Shown here: one piece after another, positions 58,710 to 64,000 of the stretch | Numbering within the stretch: the stretch's first letter is position 1 | Layout of the letters: each line of letters opens with the position of its first letter | NCBI GenBank assembly: GCA_016872415.1 | Contig: VGZX01000003.1 | Span: forward strand, 3,118-67,117 | Reading direction: 5' to 3' | Source: SAR202 cluster bacterium | Lineage (GTDB): Bacteria; Chloroflexota; Dehalococcoidia; Lucifugimonadales; Australimonadaceae | DNA length: 64,000 nt | Notes under the pieces: generated by a model | The model's database searches: none | The model's input: only the letters and a program-made list of their open reading frames with translations | Told to the model about the DNA's origin: nothing | Translations under genes and position numbers: made by a program

Positions 58710-59969
58710 ATGACGATGACGGCACCAGGCATCGAGCAGGCGCGGAATGTCGAACTGGTCGCCTACCATGACCTAAACGGCAGACCCGGGTTCAAGATGG
58801 CGATGCAGGTTGTCGACGGGCGGTGGTATCTGCACGTCGCGCACCTGTGGGACCCGGGTTGGGGTGTCGTGGACGTCACCGACCCACGGAGGCCCTCGGT
58901 GTCGCACTTCGAGCCGTGGCGCAAGAACACGTGGACGATTCAAGTGCAGGTGGCCGACGGCCTGATGGTGTGCGCGCTGGAGGCCATCGCCGCCGGGGCG
59001 CCCTTCGCCGAAACCGTCGCGTGGGGGTTCGAGCCATCGGGCCCTCCACATGAGGCCGGCATTTTGCTGTGGGACGTGCTGACTCCCACGGCTCCGAAAC
59101 TGGTGAGCCATTTCAACACCGGCGGCTCCGGCACGCACCGCAACTTCTACGTGGGCGGCCGTTACGCCTACCTGGCGGCCGGCGTCGAGGGGTTCGCCGG
59201 GAACATTCTCGTCATCGCGGACCTAAGCGATCGCGCGCACCCGGTCGAGGTCGGCCGTTGGTGGTTTCCCGGCCAGTGGCTGGCGGGCGGCGAGGCCGGC
59301 ACGCCGGGCGTCAGCCTGCACGGCCCGGCTTACGTCGACGACGGACTCGCGTATCTGCCCTATGGGAAGGCGGGCATGGTGATCGTGGACGTGTCCGACC
59401 CCACTCGGCCACGGTTCGTCAGCCGCGTCTCGTTCGGCGATCTCGGCGGCTTCATCGGGCTGCACACCGTGCTGCCGATACCGCGCCGCAAGCTCGCCGT
59501 CGTCAACTCCGAGGCGATTCTGGAGGATGGCCTCGACTTCGCCAACTACGCGGCGGTGGTCGACATCGCCGATGCCCGCAAACCGCGCATCATGTCGCTG
59601 TTCCCGACGCCGGCGCCGGAGCCGGGCATGCCTTACCGCAACTTCGTGGCGAAGGGCGGCAGGTTCGGCCCGCACAATCAGCACATGCCCCACCACCAGC
59701 CGCACCTGATGCCCGTCGACAACCTCGTGCACATGACCTACTTCAACGCCGGGTTGCGCGTCTACGACATCTCCGACCCTTACATGCCCACCGAGGTCGG
59801 CCATTTCGTGCCGGCGGACCCCACGGTGCGCCGAGGCCCGCTGCCCACGAAGCTGGTGACGCAATCCGAGGATGTGCTGGTCGACGCGCGCGGCTACATC
59901 TACGTGACGGACAAGAACCACGGCCTGCTCGTCCTGCGGTACGTGGGCCCGGGCGCTCCGAGCGCCTAG
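58710..59969 (+). CDS. LVIVD-repeat beta-propeller protein
   Basis: Repeated xVDVxDPxxP units (VVDVTDP, IADLSDR, IVDVSDP, VVDIADA, VYDISDP); no signal peptide. Confidence 0.85.
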   Translation: MTMTAPGIEQARNVELVAYHDLNGRPGFKMAMQVVDGRWYLHVAHLWDPGWGVVDVTDPRRPSVSHFEPWRKNTWTIQVQVADGLMVCALEAIAAGAPFAETVAWGFEPSGPPHEAGILLWDVLTPTAPKLVSHFNTGGSGTHRNFYVGGRYAYLAAGVEGFAGNILVIADLSDRAHPVEVGRWWFPGQWLAGGEAGTPGVSLHGPAYVDDGLAYLPYGKAGMVIVDVSDPTRPRFVSRVSFGDLGGFIGLHTVLPIPRRKLAVVNSEAILEDGLDFANYAAVVDIADARKPRIMSLFPTPAPEPGMPYRNFVAKGGRFGPHNQHMPHHQPHLMPVDNLVHMTYFNAGLRVYDISDPYMPTEVGHFVPADPTVRRGPLPTKLVTQSEDVLVDARGYIYVTDKNHGLLVLRYVGPGAPSA

Positions 59970-60110
59970 CGAGCCATCGCCCTGGTTCCGGCCGCGCCGT
60001 GCGTCGAGGCTCAATTTTCCGCTACATACGGCAGTCGGTGGGATGCTCTGCTATCATGCGCCAGCCCCGCGGCGCCGCCGCCGGGTCCATCCCCGATAGG
60101 AGTGAGACGG

Positions 60111-61262
60111 ATGAAGCTTCACGAATACCAGGCCAAGAAACTCTTGGCTGGCTATGGCGTGCCGATCCCGCAGGGCTCCGTCGCGAGCACGCCGGCCGAG
60201 GCGACGAAGGCGGCCGAGCAGCTCGGCGGCCGTGCCGTGGTCAAGGCGCAGGTGCACGCGGGCGGTCGCGGTAAGGCCGGCGGCGTGAAAGTGGTGTCGA
60301 GCGGCGCCGAGGCCGCCGAGGTAGCCAAACGGCTCATCGGCAGCACGCTCGTCACTTTCCAGACCGGCCCGCAAGGCGCCCCCGTACATCAGGTGCTCGT
60401 CGAGCAGACCGTCGACGTCGCGCGCGAGCTCTACCTCAGCATGACGACCGATGGTGGGCGCCGGCGCCCCGTCATCATTGCCTCGCAGGCGGGCGGCATG
60501 GAGATCGAGGAGGTGGCGAAGACCCACCCCGATCAGATCATCACCGAACCCATCGATCCGGCCATCGGGCTGTACCCGTTCCAGGTGCGCCGGGTGGCCG
60601 AGGCGTTGAACGTGACGGGCGAGGCCGCGCGTCCGTTCGCGATGCTGCTCAATGCCTGCTACAACGCGTACATGGAAAAAGACTGCTCCATGATCGAGAT
60701 CAACCCGCTCGTGATCACGAAGGACAACAAGGTGCTGGCGCTGGACGCCAAGGTCACGATCGACGATGACGCCCTCTACCGCCACAAGGCCGAGGCGGAG
60801 CTTCGCGACAAATCGCAGGAAGACCCGCTGGAAGTGCAGGCTTCGGAGCATGGCATCGCCTACGTGAAGCTCGACGGCGATGTCGGCTGCATGGTCAACG
60901 GCGCGGGCCTCGCGATGGCGACCATGGACATCGTGAAGTTCGCCGGCGCGCAGCCCGCCAACTTCCTCGACGTGGGCGGCGGCGCCAACGAGGAGAAGAT
61001 CGCGAAGGCCATCGAGCTCATGCTCTCCGACAAGAGCGTCACGCAGGTGCTCGTGAACATCTTCGGCGGCATCCTGCGGTGCGACGTCGCCGCGCGCGGC
61101 CTCATCGCCGGCATCGAGGCGGCTGGGCGTCAGCCCCGCATGGTCGTCCGCATGCTGGGCACCAACGTCGACGAGGGCAAGCAGATCCTCGCCGGCTCCG
61201 GCCTCAAGATCTCGCTCGTCAACACGCTGCAAGAGGCCGCCACGGCCATCGCGGCGAAGTAG
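60111..61262 (+). CDS. sucC: Succinate-CoA ligase (ADP-forming) beta subunit
   Basis: [62 protein letters not shown]. Confidence 0.97.
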   Translation: MKLHEYQAKKLLAGYGVPIPQGSVASTPAEATKAAEQLGGRAVVKAQVHAGGRGKAGGVKVVSSGAEAAEVAKRLIGSTLVTFQTGPQGAPVHQVLVEQTVDVARELYLSMTTDGGRRRPVIIASQAGGMEIEEVAKTHPDQIITEPIDPAIGLYPFQVRRVAEALNVTGEAARPFAMLLNACYNAYMEKDCSMIEINPLVITKDNKVLALDAKVTIDDDALYRHKAEAELRDKSQEDPLEVQASEHGIAYVKLDGDVGCMVNGAGLAMATMDIVKFAGAQPANFLDVGGGANEEKIAKAIELMLSDKSVTQVLVNIFGGILRCDVAARGLIAGIEAAGRQPRMVVRMLGTNVDEGKQILAGSGLKISLVNTLQEAATAIAAK

Positions 61263-61272
61263 GGGGAATCGG

Positions 61273-62157
61273 ATGAGCATTCTCGTCGACAAGAACACTC
61301 GCCTGCTGGTGCAGGGCATCACCGGCCGGGAGGGCAGCTTCCACGCCGAGCGGTGCATGCAATACGGCACCAACCTCGTCGCCGGCGTGACGCCGGGCAA
61401 GGGTGGCGAAAAAGTGTTCGACAAGGTGCCGGTGTTCAACTCGGTGTCCCGCGCGGTCAAGGAAACCGGCGCGAACGTATCGCTGATCTTCGTGCCGCCG
61501 CCCTTCGCCGCCGACGCGATGATCGAATCCGCCGACGCCGGCGTGCCCCTGGTCATCTGCATCACCGAGGGCGTGCCGGTGAAGGACTCGATGTACGTGA
61601 TGCGCTACCTGGAAGGCAAGCAGACAAGGCTCATCGGCCCCAACTGCCCCGGCCTCATCACGCCCGGGGCGAAGGCCAAGGTCGGCATCATGCCGGGCAA
61701 CATTCACATGCCGGGCAAGGTCGGCGTCGTCTCGCGCAGCGGCACGCTCACCTATGAAGCGGTGCAGCAGCTCACGACCCTTGGCATCGGCCAGTCGTCG
61801 TGCGTCGGCATCGGTGGCGACCCGGTGTCCGGCACCACCTTCGTGGACGTGCTGAAGCTGTTCAACGCCGACCCCGAGACCGAGGCCATCGTGCTCATCG
61901 GCGAGATCGGCGGGGTCAAGGAGCAGGAGGCCGCGGCCTACATCAAGGCGAACGTGAAGAAGCCCGTCGCCGCCCTCATCGTCGGCCAAACGGCGCCTCC
62001 GGGGCGGCGCATGGGTCACGCGGGCGCGGTCATCACCGGCACGGCGGCGCTGGCGAGCGAGAAGATGAAGGCCCTGGCGGAGGCCGGCTGCCACGTGATC
62101 CCGAGCCCGGCCGAAATCGGCTCGACCGTGCGCGCGATGCTGGCGAGCCGGAAGTAG
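61273..62157 (+). CDS. sucD: Succinate-CoA ligase alpha subunit
   Basis: [38 protein letters not shown] (phospho-His). Confidence 0.97.
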   Translation: MSILVDKNTRLLVQGITGREGSFHAERCMQYGTNLVAGVTPGKGGEKVFDKVPVFNSVSRAVKETGANVSLIFVPPPFAADAMIESADAGVPLVICITEGVPVKDSMYVMRYLEGKQTRLIGPNCPGLITPGAKAKVGIMPGNIHMPGKVGVVSRSGTLTYEAVQQLTTLGIGQSSCVGIGGDPVSGTTFVDVLKLFNADPETEAIVLIGEIGGVKEQEAAAYIKANVKKPVAALIVGQTAPPGRRMGHAGAVITGTAALASEKMKALAEAGCHVIPSPAEIGSTVRAMLASRK

Positions 62158-62191
62158 CGCTGCTGGCCGGCGAAAAACGACGCCGACGTGG

Positions 62192-62222
62192 GAAGGGCCC
62201 CGAGCACGCTCGGGGCCCTTTC
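62192..62222. terminator. Bidirectional hairpin terminator between sucD and the convergent ABM gene
   Basis: GAAGGGCCCCGAG-CACG-CTCGGGGCCCTTTC, 12-bp perfect stem. Confidence 0.75.
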
Positions 62223-62244
62223 GTATCGCGTGCCGCGCATCCGG

Positions 62245-62547
62245 CTACCGCGCCCTCGCGACCTCTTGGTAGCGCGTGAACTCGACTTCGCCAATCAGGC
62301 TTGGATACAGCGCGTCCACGAACCGCTTCGTATTCGCCAACGCCGCGTGTCGCCGCTCCGCCGCTTCGTCAGCGAAGCGGAAGAAATGGACGAACGCGTT
62401 GGGATCGTCCACCGGCCGCACCGATGTGTATTCGAGCGTATCGGGCTCGCCGGCGCGGATGCCCGCCACGAACTCGCGTATCGCCCGCAGGCAGGCGTCG
62501 CGGGCGTCGGCGCGCACCCGGAACCGGGCGGTGACGTAAACGGACAC
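62245..62547 (-). CDS. Putative quinol monooxygenase / ABM-domain protein
   Basis: V.ARFRV.......L..I..FV......EP.TL.Y......DDP..FV.F..F.DE.A...H...T..F...LYP. Confidence 0.82.
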   Translation of the reverse strand: MSVYVTARFRVRADARDACLRAIREFVAGIRAGEPDTLEYTSVRPVDDPNAFVHFFRFADEAAERRHAALANTKRFVDALYPSLIGEVEFTRYQEVARAR

Positions 62548-62549
62548 GA

Positions 62550-62938
62550 CTATCGCGGCGGCATGAGGCCGATCGTCTGGACCACGCCGATCATGTTGCC
62601 CCCTGGGTCCTTGAACAGCCCAATCTTGATGCCCATGCCGGGCACCTCGCCGGGCTTCATGACCTCCGTGCCGCCGGCCTTCACGATCTTGGCGGCGTAG
62701 GCGTCCGCGTCGTCGACGTTGGCGTAGATCCGCAGGCCGGGCCCCGTCGGGTCTTGCGGGGCGCCCGTCTGGAAAATGCCGCCGTCGATGCCGAAGTCGG
62801 CCCCTGCTTGCCGTCGATCACCCCGTAGTGCATCGGATTGTTGGCGTCGATCTTCCAGCCGAACACGGATGAATAGAACTGGCCCAGCTTTTTCGAATCC
62901 CTCGCCGAAATCTCGAAGTGGACAATGGGCTGTGGCAT
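62550..62938 (-). pseudogene. VOC/glyoxalase family protein, frameshifted at the C4 run 62801-62804
   Basis: GGAGG RBS; MPQPIVHFEI......LGQFYSSVFGW..., then the next frame GIDGGI...IYANVDD.DA...KI..AGG...FKDPGGNMIG. Span of 389 nt is 3n+2. Confidence 0.8.
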
Positions 62939-63010
62939 GAGTTCCTCCCTTGGAACGGGCCTTGGCGGCTCCGTTCATCGAATCTCCAAGCACATGGGGC
63001 GGCGGCCGTG

Positions 63011-63451
63011 TCAGGCGCACTCCATCAACGCCTTCAGCCGGGCCAGGTCCTTCCGGTTGGCGCGCCGCATCGCCATCGCCATGAACGGCCCGGCGATCCT
63101 CGCGAACCCGCTGGGGTTGCCCCGGTTTCGCAGCGTCATCCGCGTGCGGCCCGCGCCCACGGTCTCCCAGGCATAGGCCGTCTCCATTGGGAACGGGCCT
63201 TCTTGTGTGCGCATGACGAGCCGCGACGCGGGCGCGAACTCGATCACCTCGTAGGTATAGGCCAGGCGGCGGCCGAGGAAGCGCGCGACGAAATCGAGCC
63301 GCGATCCGACGCGCAGCGGCGGCGGTGTCTTCCATTCGGCCGAGACGATGTTCACATACCACGCCGGCGCGCTGGCCGGGTCCGCGGCGAAGGCGGCCAT
63401 CTGCTCGCGCGGACGGTCGATCACGATGTCGGTCACCACGTCGACGGCCAT
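63011..63451 (-). CDS. SRPBCC (polyketide cyclase/dehydrase-like) protein
   Basis: I.RP....AAF..DP...P.WY.NI, PPL.VGS...F.A.FLG..L.YTYE, GPFPMET.Y, TLRNRG.P.GF. Confidence 0.88.
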   Translation of the reverse strand: MAVDVVTDIVIDRPREQMAAFAADPASAPAWYVNIVSAEWKTPPPLRVGSRLDFVARFLGRRLAYTYEVIEFAPASRLVMRTQEGPFPMETAYAWETVGAGRTRMTLRNRGNPSGFARIAGPFMAMAMRRANRKDLARLKALMECA

Positions 63452-63499
63452 GCGATTCCCTCCTCGCCCCAGGCAAGCCCTTGGCGGCGTCGCTCGCCG

Positions 63500-63952
63500 C
63501 TACATGCCGGGCCGGACGTGCGGGCCGGCGTCGCCCCCCGCGCCGGCGATGACGAGCCGTGCCAGGTAGTGCTTCCAACCCATGGCGTGCAGGCCGCGTT
63601 CGTGTTCGTCAGGCAGGCCGAAGTGGCGCAGGTGGACGCGCGTGCCTTGCCCCTCGCGGCGCAGGGTGATCTCCACCGTGGTCGACCCCGGGGGCACCTT
63701 GGGGCTGCCCTGCCAGCCGAAGGAGTAGACGATGCGCGGGAACGGCGTGACCTCGATGTAGCTGCCCGCCATGACGATGCCATCGCCAAGGTCGACCGTA
63801 TACTCGCCGCCCGTGCGTGGGTCGAGACTCGCGGCGACGCCGTTCCACCGCACCATCTTGGAAGGGTCGGTGAAGAACGAAAACACGGTTTCGGGGCGCG
63901 CCGCGATCAACACGTCGCACCCGGCGATGTCATCGCTCGTCGGCGGGGTCAT
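63500..63952 (-). CDS. SRPBCC/AHSA1-like protein
   Basis: I.A.PETVF..FTDP.....W.G, DP..GG.Y, STTVEITL...G.GT.V.L.H, GW.HYL.RL. Confidence 0.88.
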   Translation of the reverse strand: MTPPTSDDIAGCDVLIAARPETVFSFFTDPSKMVRWNGVAASLDPRTGGEYTVDLGDGIVMAGSYIEVTPFPRIVYSFGWQGSPKVPPGSTTVEITLRREGQGTRVHLRHFGLPDEHERGLHAMGWKHYLARLVIAGAGGDAGPHVRPGM

Positions 63953-63999
63953 CGTCCCTTCCCCCGTTCGTTTCGTTCTTCGGCCTCGGCGGCCTCCGC
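63949..63999 (-). CDS. 3' end of an upstream gene (possibly an ArsR-type regulator), partial
   Basis: Reads AEAAEAEERNERGKGR* with an ATGA overlap onto the SRPBCC start; identity inferred only from common ArsR-SRPBCC operons. Confidence 0.3.
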   Translation of the reverse strand, partial: AEAAEAEERNERGKGR

Positions 64000-64000
64000 G

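Noticed and set aside
53870-60100. attL/attR direct repeats for islands at tRNA-Ser or tRNA-Ala
   Set aside because: No second copy of either tRNA 3' end found by eye in the window.
62550-63578. 342-aa ORF as a single protein
   Set aside because: Overlaps the SRPBCC gene out of frame; only the C-terminal ~85 aa belong to the frameshifted VOC gene.

Overview
High-GC bacterial chromosomal segment. Gene content and order (standalone hisF/hisIE, RecG with an N-terminal extension, rplU-rpmA-rpmE-DUF1385, paralog-rich catabolic genes) suggest Chloroflexota, probably Dehalococcoidia; this is an inference. Mostly housekeeping: uvrA, accC/accB-like, hisF, hisIE, serS, lysS, greA, rsmD, coaD, recN, rpmE/rpmA/rplU, gyrA, aspartokinase, thrB, speD/speE, holB, lysA, argS, recG, sucCD, tRNA-Ala(GGC), tRNA-Ser(UGA). 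Accessory blocks are interleaved: (i) 5.4-11.2 kb, two copies of a small GatC/AtzG-like subunit + amidase module, linked to an ABM-fold protein and two paralogous nitroreductases; (ii) three tandem Rieske ferredoxins with no oxygenase in the window; (iii) a LysR protein lacking most of its HTH, coupled to an ICMT-family methyltransferase; (iv) a C-terminal-half-only DyP peroxidase; (v) an AAC(6')-Ia/Ii-like acetyltransferase downstream of tRNA-Ser; (vi) an SRPBCC-SRPBCC-VOC-ABM operon. The greA leader has an attenuator-like hairpin with a U-run. Four genes the ORF track splits are broken by frameshifts, three in short homopolymers and one in a GC microrepeat, probably sequencing or assembly indels. 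I saw no CRISPR array, rRNA, integrase or transposase. All product calls come from motif recognition by eye; no database search was run.
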